From assembly GCA_030295235.1 (NCBI GenBank), contig AP026132.1, forward strand, positions 1,054,001-1,118,000: a stretch of 64,000 bases of DNA, read 5' to 3'. Shown in pieces: positions 36,652 to 48,377 of this stretch. Under the pieces are notes generated by a model. The model was not told where the DNA came from, made no database searches, and worked only from the letters and a program-made list of their open reading frames with translations. Within the stretch, counting starts at the first letter, position 1. Every line of letters begins with the position of its first letter. The position numbers and the translations under genes were made by a program. The stretch comes from Fistulifera solaris (Eukaryota).

Positions 36652-39600
36652 ATGGTGGAAACAAATGCCGATGCTCCAGTCTTTCTGCAGCGGACGCGGT
36701 CAGGAACCTTTGGCAACGAAGGACTAAGCGATGCGCCTCAGCTATCGATGAAAGCGAATGCAAGTCCCTATGAAACGGATGTTGCGAACGAATTCAAAGA
36801 TCATGACGGAAACTATGCTCCAACAACCTGGAAAGACATACTACGCGAAAAAGGAAATTTTTGTTTTCGACGAGAAGAGGATCAACTTGCTGAGTTTTAC
36901 GATGAACGAATTTCTAGGAAATCGGAAAAATCGAAACTCATTATTATTCGGGGACCTGTCGGGTGCGGAAAAAGTCGACTTGCTGAAACACTGAGAGAAA
37001 AGGTTGACGATCAGTCTGGCTACTTTCTGGTCGGGCACTTTGACCCTCTCCATTTCGACCCGCCGAAGCCTTATGCAGCTTTTGTCATGGCGATTGAAGC
37101 TTTCACAACTGCTGTTGTTAATCGCGGTGAGGAGGATGCTATACTAGGCGATTGTGCAAGGTTGTCTGCCGAAGACATTGGGATTTTAATTGGAATGGTT
37201 CCCTCCCTGGAACATCTTTTGGTCGCCGAAAAATACAGGAAGTAAAGGAGAATGCTCGGCCCAGAGGACCCGATAGGCTTGGGCGCTTCGTTCGAGTCTT
37301 TCGTTCTTTTCTTAGATGTATCAGCTCGGAGACCAGACCCATAGTATTACTTTTTAAGGGTATGCAGTGGGCAGATCGTTGCTCTTGTGATCTTCTCGGT
37401 GGCATCACCCGTGAAAGTGGCATCGTCGGCCTTTTCTGCATAGGAACAGTTGATACTAATGTGAGACTCGAGAATCGCATAAGCGCTACTTCGCCGGATT
37501 TTCTTCAGCACGGGGACGTCGCTACTATTGAGCTACATAATCTTGATGAGAATCAAGTAAGCCTCTTTCTTACGAAAACGTTTGACGTCTCGACAAAGGG
37601 GACACTGTGGAGCGATTTCGCCAACATGTTATACGTTCAGACTCAAGGGAATTTCTTGTACATAGTTATCTTTCTCGAAATGCTTCTAGCGTCAAAAACG
37701 GTAACGATTCAAGAGGGAACGTGGTCATTCAGTATGGAGGAGGTGCAAAAACAATTACGGGATGCGTCACTTTCGTCCTTCTTCTGCACAACGATTTCGC
37801 TCGAGTCTCAGCAATCTTTGGAATTACTCAAAGTTTGCGCTTGCTTAGGCTCAGAGTTTGATCTAAGAGTCGTAGAAAACGTCTTTGGGTATCAACCAGA
37901 AATGCATCTTGAGGAGCTGTCGTCAAAGGGCTATATAAAACCAGCAGTGAATGGATATGCGTTTGCGCACAATTGTTTTCAAGAGGCGGCCTATGGTCTC
38001 ATTCCTTTAGAGCAACGGAGTCTTTTCCATGTTGAAATTGGTAGGAGGCTTTGGAGGAGCATGGATTCGGACGACGATCTCGATGCAAATCTCTATACTA
38101 TTCTTTCTCAGTTCAGCAAAGGAAAACACTTACTTAAGAGGGACAAAGAATGCCTTCGTCTTGCAAGTCTGTGCTTGCAAGCTGGACAAAAGGCTGCAAA
38201 GGCATCAGCTTTTCGCGCTGCTGTTAGCTACCTAGAGCTGGGCATTTATGTTTTGATGGAGAAAGCGGATGGCAAATTGGGTTGGAAGCAGGCATACCAT
38301 CTTACTTTGTCGCTATACAACGCCGCGGCGGAAATGAATCTCGTTACGTCCCAGTACGAACGGTCGGAGCAGCTCGTGAAGGAAATCTTGCTGCATGCTA
38401 AATCCCCACTTGACAGAGTACAAGCAAATGGAACGCTGATTAGTATCTTTGGAACGATCTCGAAACAACAAGAGGCTATTGACGTCGGACTGAAAGTTCT
38501 CGATGAACTCGGAGAGAGCTTGCCAAAGAGGCGGCTTAAGATGCACATCTTGGTTGAACTTTCGGCTGTCAAGCGGATGCTCCGAGGTAAAAGCGATGAA
38601 CAACTTATGCGACTCGAGCCACTCACCGATACCACCCAACTTTCGTGTTTACAGATCATGTACCTGATCTATTTACATTGCATACTCGTTCGGCCAGAAC
38701 TAGGGGCGCTTGTGGGGCTGCGGTCGCTGAAGATAACCCTGCAATACGGATTGAGTCCTTTTTCGATTTCTACGTTTGCAATCTATGGGATGGTTTGTCT
38801 GGAAATGAAAGACGTGGACGCGGCACATAGATTTGGTCAACTGTCCCTGAAGGTGCTTGATAAGTACGGTTTGGTAGAGTATCTACCGAGGTTGTATGCA
38901 GCGCACTACGGTGTCATCGATTCATGGAAGCGCCCTATTAAAGATTCCCTTCAACCTTTGTTGCACGCACATCAAATTGGTCTTCACACCGGTGACCGTG
39001 AGTTTTCTTTCCTGTGCTTGAACTGCTACTTTTCCATGCGTTTCATAGCGGAATCCTTCTCGATGATCTGATGAGCAAATGGAGAAGCGTAGAAGGTGAA
39101 ATGGCTTCAAGTCGGCAGGAGTCTCTTTTGAAAATGGCTCTTCCTTTCGTGCAGAAGCTTCTCCATCTAATGAATTCAACAAGAGAAGAGGCCCTGACCT
39201 TCAAAGGAGAGATCATGGATATGCTCCTCGAGCACGAGCTCGCCTTCAAAGCAAACCTTTCCTCAGTTGCTACCGATATCATTATTTGCTGCATGATACT
39301 TGCTTACGTCTTCGATGATTTCACACAAGCTGAGACGTTCGCTATTTGGACTGAGAAACATGGTGCTATAGTTCCTACGTTCCAAGAGATCATCCGGCAG
39401 TTTTACAGAGGGCTAATCGCCTTCGCTCTGGCACGACAGAATACGAATCGACGAAAGAATATTCGCATCGGCAGTCAGATCCTGAACCAATTTTCAACAT
39501 TCTACTCCTTAAAGTGTCCCGAAAATTGCTGTGATAAGCAGCATCTGCTGGAGGCGGAGTTAGCATCCGTGAAGGGACAAGGGATCTGGCTTACGCCCAC

Positions 39601-39816
39601 TACACACAAGCCATAGCCATGGCTGAGAAATCTGGCTTTTTGTTTGAACAGGCGCTTATTCACGAACGTTTTGGATTTCACCTTCATGGCGTCGGTGACA
39701 CTGACAAGTCGCGTAGTCATTTACGTCAATCAGTCGATATTTACAACCATTGGGGAGCGAAGGGAAAAGCGAGGTACCTCCAAAGCGTTATTTCATGCAC
39801 TTTTTCACAAAATTAG
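36652..39816 (+). CDS. AAA_16-type P-loop ATPase plus helical region, like the central part of bacterial HstK kinase hybrids
   Basis: GPVGCGKS Walker A, KPYAAF, MQWAD, TQGNFLYI, YAFAHNCFQEAAYGLI, AFRAAVSYLELGI, HLLEAELA, GFLFEQALIHERFG and YNHWGAKGK. Three frame breaks. Confidence 0.8.
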
Positions 39817-40241
39817 ATGCGGTACATGTATTTGTTGTATAAAAGTTTACTTTTTGGTTAATAACTGAACTATACGTTATTATCATGCATGGCATTAAAC
39901 CGTAGCTTAGCACTTAGCACTAAGGTTTTTACAGAACAGGTTGGAAGTCATTTTGCGACATGAACTTGTTTTGATTCTTCCGCGTCACTTTCTTGGATGG
40001 CGAGGTGCGAGGTGAGTCACAAAATGCTTTTATTCAAAACTCAAAGCACACCATTCATTCCGTTCATCAAACACAACAATCATCGCCATCCGATCACTGT
40101 GCAACAAGTATACCAGGTAGTCGGCCGGGACGAGTCATTTATCTACAACGTCTTAATTTCTTCGTTTTCGGTTACGAAAATCTGCGTTAACGACACATGT
40201 CACCTTTTTCGCAATTACTCAACCGAAACTGGAAAACCTTC

Positions 40242-41491
40242 ATGATGTATGTTGTGTTGACCGTATCGAGACCACAGTTTCTCCAAGCACGAGCTGCATT
40301 CAGCCACAGACATGTAGCTCCACTTCGCAGTCGAAGTCCTCGCGCCATGGGGACCAGTTCCGAGACCACAGATCCGCTGGAAGTGTATCGCAACAAAAAC
40401 AACAATCGCGACCAGATTTTCTCGGCAATTTCCGGTGACGGAGGCATTAAAGTTACCGTTGCGACCATTCGTAACGTGATAAATGACGCCTCCATGCAGC
40501 ACACAATGACGGCTGTTCCAACAGATGCTCTCGGACGAGCCATGACTTGCGGTTTGCTCATGGCGAACGGAATGCAAGAAGAACAGACCGTACAAATTAC
40601 TATGAAAGGTAAGATAATCAATCTCAATACGAAAGCACGCTTACTGTTATATCTAACAACGTATTCGCAGGGGACGGACCATTGCGGGGAGTTGTCGCGA
40701 TTGCGACGGGATCGGGTACCGTCCGAGGCTACGTTGGAAGTCCCATGTTGGGGGAAATGTCGCTTCCCGAAGCGGTTGGAAAGGGATCGGTGCAGGTGGT
40801 AAAAAATCACCCCGACTGGCCGAGACCTTACAACGGTATTACTGCCATTCGTCATGGTGACATTGATCGTGATGTAGGTGAGTAGGTTCAATTAAAAAAT
40901 CGTCGTGTTATCAGTAAATGTTGCTGACTCTGCTTAACAGGTATCTATTTGGCAGAAAGTGAGCAGCGGTCTTGTGCTCTTGCTGCCGCTGTATCGGTCA
41001 AGGGTATTTTGTGTACTTCCGCTGGCGGCTACTTGATTGAACAATTACCAGGTGTCGAACCAGACGTCGTAAAGCAAGTTGAGAAGAATCTTGCGCAACT
41101 CGTCGAAATGGACGGAACAGGCAATCTACCAACTGGTTTATTACTTCAGGTGAGTTACAATGGCTTGCATAGGTAATGCTTGGCTACACTCAGCTGACTT
41201 GATTGTGTTAAACCGTAGGGTCAAACACCAGTAGACATTGCTGCGACGATTCTTGACGGCTTAGATATGAAACCGTTACAGCAAATGGAGCCTGTACTTG
41301 TTTGCCAATGCACGGAAGATCGACTGATGAGGTCTTTGCGGCTACTTCCAAGAGAAGAAGTCGAAGATATATTGGCTAAGGAACAGCAAATTGAAGCCCG
41401 CTGCCAATTTTGCGGCAAAGTTTACCGGTTGGGAAAAGAAGAAATCGAGGAGCGTTTGCAAAACGCGACAGGAGACCCGTCGAAAAGCTGA
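40242..41491 (+). CDS. hslO: Hsp33 (HslO) redox-regulated chaperone, probably organelle-targeted
   Basis: ALGRAMTC, GPLRGVVA, VRGYVG, YLAESEQ, AGGYLIEQLPG and Zn-site CQC...CQFCG. Introns near 40609-40670, 40878-40941 and 41150-41218. Confidence 0.9.
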
Positions 41492-41920
41492 TGAATAAAC
41501 GGATAATAGCGCTGGTACGCGATTAGACTATTATTTTCTTGATATTGAGTATTTAATTGTCTCGCTCACAAGACGCGATTTCTCTTCTTTAGGAGCAAAA
41601 CCTGAGATAACTCATTTCAACAAAATAGGTCTAGTAGCATCGGAATCAAGATAAACAAAGATTGATTTACGTTATTTTTAACATGTATTGCTTCGAAACA
41701 ATGGTGAAGATAACTCAACCATAGCTACAGAGGGCCTTGCCCCGACTCAACCAATACTTTAGTCCCGAAAGTTTTCAACGCCGCATGCCGCATCGTCGCG
41801 CTGCGTATAATGCGTAAGCGTATTTGCACTTTTCGACAGGACCGTTTATTGTATTCATTTACTTACTGTTTGCCTCCTTTCTCAATCATCTTTATTCATT
41901 TGATATTCAATTGAGTTATC

Positions 41921-42749
41921 ATGCCTGCATCCGCCGGGCGCGTGCGCATGCCGCACAACAATCGCGTATCGGTCAGTGCCTCCCTCAAATCCTCCAATAT
42001 CTGGCAAAAGACCATTGGGCACGATCCGTATGCATCACAAGCCGATAGCCAAGAAGAAAAGGCCCCCGATCACGAAAAAGCCAAACAAGTGCTCGCGGTA
42101 GCTCGACAACAAAATTTGACGGACGGAGCGAATCGTGATGACTTTGCAAAGAAATTATATTTGGGTCTGAAAGGCGGCAAGAAACGACGCGCCGATGAAA
42201 TCGTTGGCGGTCCACCGCAACAATATGACCCGAAATTGCTCGAAGAAGGCTTTAGTTCCAGTGAAGATGAGTTTGTGGAAGTTAAAGACAAAGCGAGTCG
42301 CAAAAGTCGAAAGAAAAGCAAGAAGAGCAAAAAGTCTCGCCGGCGAAAAGACGATGATTCGAGTTCATCCGACTCGGAGAGCCTGTCGACCGATGAAGAG
42401 CGTCGTCGAAAGCGGAAAAAGAGACGAAAGAAGGATAAAAAAGACGAAAAGGAGACATTCACGTCGCCATTCGTCTAGTTCATCCTCGGACGATTCTGAC
42501 ACTAGCGACGATAGCAGTCACAGCCGAAACCGACACTCAAAGAAGAGGCACTCCGAGCGGCGGGAATCGACAAAGAAAGATACAGCGGATAGTAGCATGG
42601 AGACGCTATTTCATCCAGCAGAGCAGTTCTGCGGTTCGAGAAAAGGATATGTCTTCCAGCAAGGAGAACAAGGGCTGGGCTATTACATGGACAAACAACC
42701 CAAGGTGGATAGTACGTTTTTAGAGAAAATGTCGAAATGGGCCGATTGA
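41921..42749 (+). CDS. CAX-interacting protein 4 (CXIP4)-like S/R/K-rich protein
   Basis: N-terminus MPASAGRVRMPHNNRV...IWQKTIGHDPYA resembles the plant CXIP4 N-terminus. Frame break near 42450. C-terminal FCGSRKGYVFQQGEQGLGYYMD. Confidence 0.75.
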
Positions 42750-43573
42750 CTCGGTTGCCTTAATTTGCACTGAATAAAAATGAATGTCCATGTGTGCTAC
42801 GTAACGTAGCGCCGGCCCCGGGCCCGGGTGTCTGTATCCAGGGACAGACGCTACCAGTATCTCCCAAGGACCGACCCCGCGTGTGGGATGGGAGAGAACG
42901 AAGAATGCTCCCCGTAGGGGCTAGGAAGGTGGCTACTAGCGTAATAAGGAAAAGAATAGACTAGGATCGATGATTGAGAAAAAACTAAGAAAATCAGAAT
43001 TTCCGTCTGCCTAAAAATATCACGTACTGTATCTACTATAACTCTATGGACCAAAGTGAATTGTCACTTATCCACGACTGCACTTCAGTCGTGAATCCAT
43101 GTTCTTTTGAGCGATAATGCTGCCTACAAATTGTTTGTTCAGCAAAGTCTTGAGCTCCATCTATTGTTATTGTTACTAGTTATTGTTATGAAATCGTCTT
43201 AAGCAGGTTTTTTTACACATTATCTTTATATTTTACGTCGAAAAAGCCTGCAAAACGTTGTCTTCTGAGTTTACTACCAAGTCTACATCATAGCAGATAG
43301 TATAGTGGCAACCAGTCAGACATGAATACGGGTTTTTCATAAGGTGTGAGAGCTTCAATACGGACCGTCCAACACGCGACACCGCAGCGGACGACGAAAA
43401 ACATAACACTTGTTGATGTTGATAATCACAATACAATCGGCAATCCCTCCAAATCAATAGCCTTCTAAACCACTTAAGTGCTTGCATCTGTGCGTTGACG
43501 ACTCGAGATAGTCCATTTGTGCGAAGGAGAACAGGAACCGAAAACGTGCAATCACAAGAGAGTCCGCTCAAAT

Positions 43574-44355
43574 ATGAATTCTCTCACCACACGTACACTA
43601 CCGTTGACCAGATCTTTGACGCGATGGCTGCGTCCCACTGCCCTGCGTCCCTTCTCACGCGGATTTTCTACCGCTCCGTTACCCAGTTACGCCGCCGTCG
43701 ATCATTCGGAAGCGTACGAACGAGCCATGCAGGGAGGGCACGGACAGCAGCTGGCTTTGGCGGCCTTGGAAGGATATGGTAAAGATGAACCCGATTTTGA
43801 TCCTTTTATCGAAGAAGAAATGGCCGAGGACGGACAAGAGGACGAAGAAGATGAAGATTCGGGCTACTATGACGATGACGAAGGTTCTGGTGTGTTCAAT
43901 AGCGACGGATCGTTACGACGTGCCCCTTCGGAATTAGCAACGCTGCGGGCGGGGGCACCCGCCGGAGGAATGGTGGCCGTCATTGAGTTGGCTGGAACGC
44001 AATATAAAGTCACGACAGATGACTTGCTGATAGTAAACAAGCTGAAACCCGTGGAGAAATTTCAACTCGGATCGGTGCATTCGTTGGATTCCGTCTTGCT
44101 TCTGAGCACTTCTCATTATACGTTGGTGGGCTTACCAAAAGTGGAAGGTGCAGTTGTTGATGTCATGGTAGAAGAAATCACGAAGGATGCGAAGGTGATT
44201 ATCTTTAAAAGAGGAGGAGAAAGCATTCGCAGCGCAAAAATGGCTTCCGCCGAGAGGTTACCATGCTGCGTGTCTTGGATATTCGACCTCCGGAACCCCA
44301 TCAGAAGCAGCTTTATCAAGCGAGACCACCACCCACCTTACCTTCGGATAATTAA
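43574..44355 (+). CDS. MRPL21: Mitochondrial ribosomal protein bL21
   Basis: Arg-rich presequence, AVIELAGTQYKVT and VGLP.V.GA.V...VEE. Restoring one A at ~44210 gives KVIIFKKRRRKHSQRKNGFRREVTMLRV. Confidence 0.9.
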
Positions 44356-44639
44356 GCTCTCAAAGGATCTAGTGTTGATGCTACAATAAGGGTAGCCGAA
44401 CACTTTCTTTGCCCATGCATCACGGCAGCCTTTCTAATTTGACTACTTTAGACTCGCAAAGACAGCAAAATGGGAAGCTTAAGTAGTAGTATTATAGCAA
44501 CAAAAGAATCATAGCATAGCGAGTGAAGTGTGCTGGTGGCCCTCGAGTGGTATGTGAAATGAGGTACGGCGCCAAAGGTTTGTGTCAACGAATCTATAGC
44601 GTGTTTCGTGATCGTTTGTACAGAGAGAATATTGTTTTG

Positions 44640-45122
44640 TCACCTACTTGTCGTTGAAACGAATGCGCTTCGCCAAGTTGACCGCGAGGCGAACGGGGTT
44701 TCGGTTGGGAGACGGTGATGTGGAGGGATGTTGGCGCTTTGCGAAGGCAAAGACGATGGAATCGTCTCACTAGTCAGGTATTTGGTGCTCATCCAATCGT
44801 CGTGTAATGGAACATAGCTATATTCAAATGGAGGGCTATCGGTGCACGATTCAAACACGACCGTTAGAGAGCTCGCAACGAGAAACAAGACACAAACATA
44901 CTCAGAAACTTACTCTTCATAGGTGGTTTCGCGAAAGGTTGGATGTAATTCGGTGTACCACGTACCAAACGCTGCCTTCGTATCGATTGGCAATGTCCAA
45001 GCGTAGAGTTCACTCACAGTCTTGCTGGACGCAACATTAGCACTCGGAAGCGCACCCGGTTGAAAGGCCATCACTGAAGTGAGATAGCAGATCAAGAACA
45101 CGACGTTTACTCTTGCTATCAT
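44640..45122 (-). CDS. Small putatively plastid-targeted protein of unknown function (paralog A)
   Basis: Signal peptide ending VMA|FQP and a transit-like stretch. Intron 44836-44913 (GTAAGT...CTAAC...TAG). Similar to the gene at 46053. Confidence 0.75.
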
Positions 45123-46052
45123 GATGGGCAATTGATACGACGAATCGACTTGAAGAGCTTTTGTAGTCGTAAATTATGGTCTTTGATGTGAGAAAGGTCG
45201 TCCGAATATCGTGCAAGAAATATCGGAGGGAATAATTTATTTGATGGAGGCGCAAACGTTCGAGCTCCTCCAAAACTTCTCGCCAAAGTCCACCCGTTTG
45301 ATGGATCGGACTTGCCTTTCGAAAGTACAACAGTATTGTCGTGTGCGATGACAGATTCAATGCTGGAAACCAGAAAAGCACTTCCTACACTCCTTAACGG
45401 ACGTACTTGACACAAAGGTGTCAAATAATGAGGCTACGTAAGACGAGAAGCCTGTCGAAAGTCAGAAAGGCGAATGACACATTTCGTGATGGCCACCGAT
45501 GTCATGCACGTGATGTCACGGAGATCTTTTGTCGGTTGACCGATGAACGAAAAACGAAACGGCCAGCGCCGCAGACGTGGATTAAAATTTGAAGTCACAA
45601 TGACCCCTCCTCATCCAACTAGCCAATCAAATCGCTGTTTTTCTTTGGACATTTCTAAATCGAAAATCCATTCCGCCAATCATCGTTGATCGTTGCACTT
45701 GTTTTTCTGTGTTTCGCGGGTTGGAAGAAGAAAAGGAAAGACCTTTCTTTTCTCGTCCGTTTCGAAGCGACACACTCGCGCTATCGAGGAAACCTTGACA
45801 CTCGACGTTTCGAAAATTCGTTGTTCGCTCGTTGCTCTTCTTGACACCAAGCGGCAAGTCATAAGCTATTGCCCGTAACTCGTGCAAATTCAATTTGCCA
45901 TCAAGACTTCAACGGAAGCATGTTTAGTCCCCCCACTTCACGACCATCGTGAACCTGAGAAAAGGTCTCACAATTCTTCATTTTGCAAAGCAAGACCCTT
46001 GCAAACAAAGCATCCATTCGAACTTCGAAGAAACAGAAATTATTAAAGCAAA

Positions 46053-46506
46053 ATGATCCACAACCTGATCAAGGCATCTTTCCTTCTCACTTTGTTATCT
46101 CTTTCGGTGGCATTTCAATTGGGCCCCGTGCGGTTGCCTCGTTTAAAAACTCAACTGAAAGCTTGGTCCCTACCCGTCCCCGAAAGCCCGACGCCTTTTG
46201 GTAAATGGTATCAAGAATGCGATGCGATTGGTCGCAACCGAAAATATGAAGAGTAAGTTTGACATTGTTATGTCCGCTCATTGCAGTATGAGAACACCAC
46301 TAACATGGTCTCCGAATTCTTGATTAATCAGCACACCTTTCGAATACAATTACGTGCCCATATTCGATGATTCAACTGCTACTAATGACGATTCTTCGGC
46401 GCAGACCAACACGCTGGCTCGACAACATCAAAGTAGAGTCCCTGTCGCTACGTCGATTCGGAAAGCAGCTCTACTCGTTCGACGTGCGTGGGTTCCCAAG
46501 AAGTGA
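46053..46506 (+). CDS. Small putatively plastid-targeted protein of unknown function (paralog B)
   Basis: Signal peptide ending SVA|FQL. Intron 46253-46331 (GTAAGT...CTAAC...CAG) at the same codon position as in paralog A. Confidence 0.75.
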
Positions 46507-46993
46507 GATGTCATCCAGAGTTCTCCTTTTCATCTACCTTTCATACTGCTATGCTATGTCCAAAATATACCGCTACTGAACAAACCGACTCACTCATCTA
46601 GAAGAATAGAAATAGAAGAAAGATTGTTAATATAAAATCCCTTTCACCAACAAGTGGTCGATCTATGTCTTTGTAGAGCACTGGTATCAAGATGTTTCTT
46701 TCTGATGACTTCATGAGCTTTAAGGCTGTAGAAACCTACACTATCGTTGTTTTTTGTTTTTAGGTTTTTGTTGTAAACTTATTAGACGATTTGGACCTAA
46801 AAATTACTATAGGAAAAAGTTTATATTACTTTTTTCATGACTGGATTTTATCATGAATTAATCATTAACCTTAACGTTGCAAGGATATTTGCACGCGTTG
46901 CGTTTTATTTTTGCGAGCCGTAAGCCGTATCGTGGCAACACCATGAAGTAATTATTATCAAAAGACCGTCGATACTATCAAAGTTATTTCACT

Positions 46994-48324
46994 ATGCGTT
47001 TCTTGATTACCGCGTTTTTTCTATCCGCTGCGGTGGTATCGTCCGCAAAGACAAAGCGCGAGAGTAGTGCAACGTCGCCGATGGATGATCTCGAAAAGGC
47101 TCTTCAATCCGGAAAAACGTCTTTGTTACTGCACAATGATAAAACGTCTCATTTAGAAAGTGTCCTGCAAAGCAGCTTGAAGCTAGCAGATGACAGCACT
47201 TCCTTGTCAACGACGATCGGAAGACGCGATGAACTGATCAAGAAAGTTGAAAATACAGTCCGACAATTGAACATGCGACAACTCCTCAACTTGAGTAAAA
47301 ACCTGACAGAACTGTTGAATGCCGAAACAACTCGGCGGCGCGTCGACAACTCCGTCGCTGGAATGGTGGATTCGATTTCCATGGAATTTTTGGAGGAAGT
47401 CTTTGACGCAGAGACGGTTCTAGCGGCAAGTGAGTCACAGCTCGATGAATGGGTGGAAAAACTTTTGAGTGATGAAATATCGAACCTTTCCAAATTGGAA
47501 GTGGCGGTCGTTAATGGTAAATCCTGTGTATCCGTAGAACAAGGTGCGCGAGAAGTCCAGCAAGCCATCGTTGATTTCATGCATGATAAGATTGGTTTAA
47601 AGGACCACGCACAAGGCAGCACCATTGTCTACGAGATGACCAGCAGTTCCTACGAACCACCAGCTACCGAAAACGAGCTCTTGGGGTCGTGGAAATGGAG
47701 AAGACTTATTCCCGAAGATTGGGAACCACTGCTACCGCGGGGATGGCAAAGTTGGAGGGTTAGAATCCCATCTTCTGTTCTAAATTTGTTGGGACAAAGC
47801 GCTGCCTCGTCCGTGGCATCGCCGCAAACGATCTTTACCCCGATACGCGACCAGGCTCCTGCTGGCCTCTTTCTGGCAGACAAGGATCTGTTACCTTTCG
47901 GCTTCCGTACCCCGTACGCGTGTCCGCTGTGAGTATTGATCACGTGTCGAGCATGTTGCTCTTGACAGAACAGGACATGAATAGTGCCCCTAAAGATGTT
48001 TCTGTGTATGGATTCCCGTCCTGCGATGAAAGCAGATGCGAGGGTCTCGGCTTCGACAGCCAAAATCCACTTCTACTTAAACGGCTTTCGTTCGACAGAG
48101 ATGGCCCTAGCACGCAAACATTTACTATTTTTGAATCTGTCGAAAAGCAGAATGATACTTTAGAAGAGACGGAGACTATGGAAACAGGCTCTTGTTCTGT
48201 AACGAGTTCAGCATGTGGTCCAACTGAAGCAGTCAGCGCTATTCAGATGCGGGTCGAGAGCAATTGGGGAAACACGGCATATACATGCATCTACAGATTT
48301 CGTGTTCATGGGGAGGCTGCATAA
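46994..48324 (+). CDS. SUN-domain (Sad1/UNC-84) protein
   Basis: SAVSIDHV, SAPKDVSVYG and VESNWGNTAYTCIYRFRVHG form a C-terminal SUN domain. PGSCWP lies in a shifted frame near 47850. Confidence 0.9.
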
Positions 48325-48377
48325 AGGAATTACTCTTATTATCTAAAGGCTATGGTTTTTCAGTCGTTAAAAAGTGA

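Noticed and set aside
46600..46990. AT-rich patch as a possible centromere
   Set aside because: Short and similar to other intergenic gaps; nothing else supports it.
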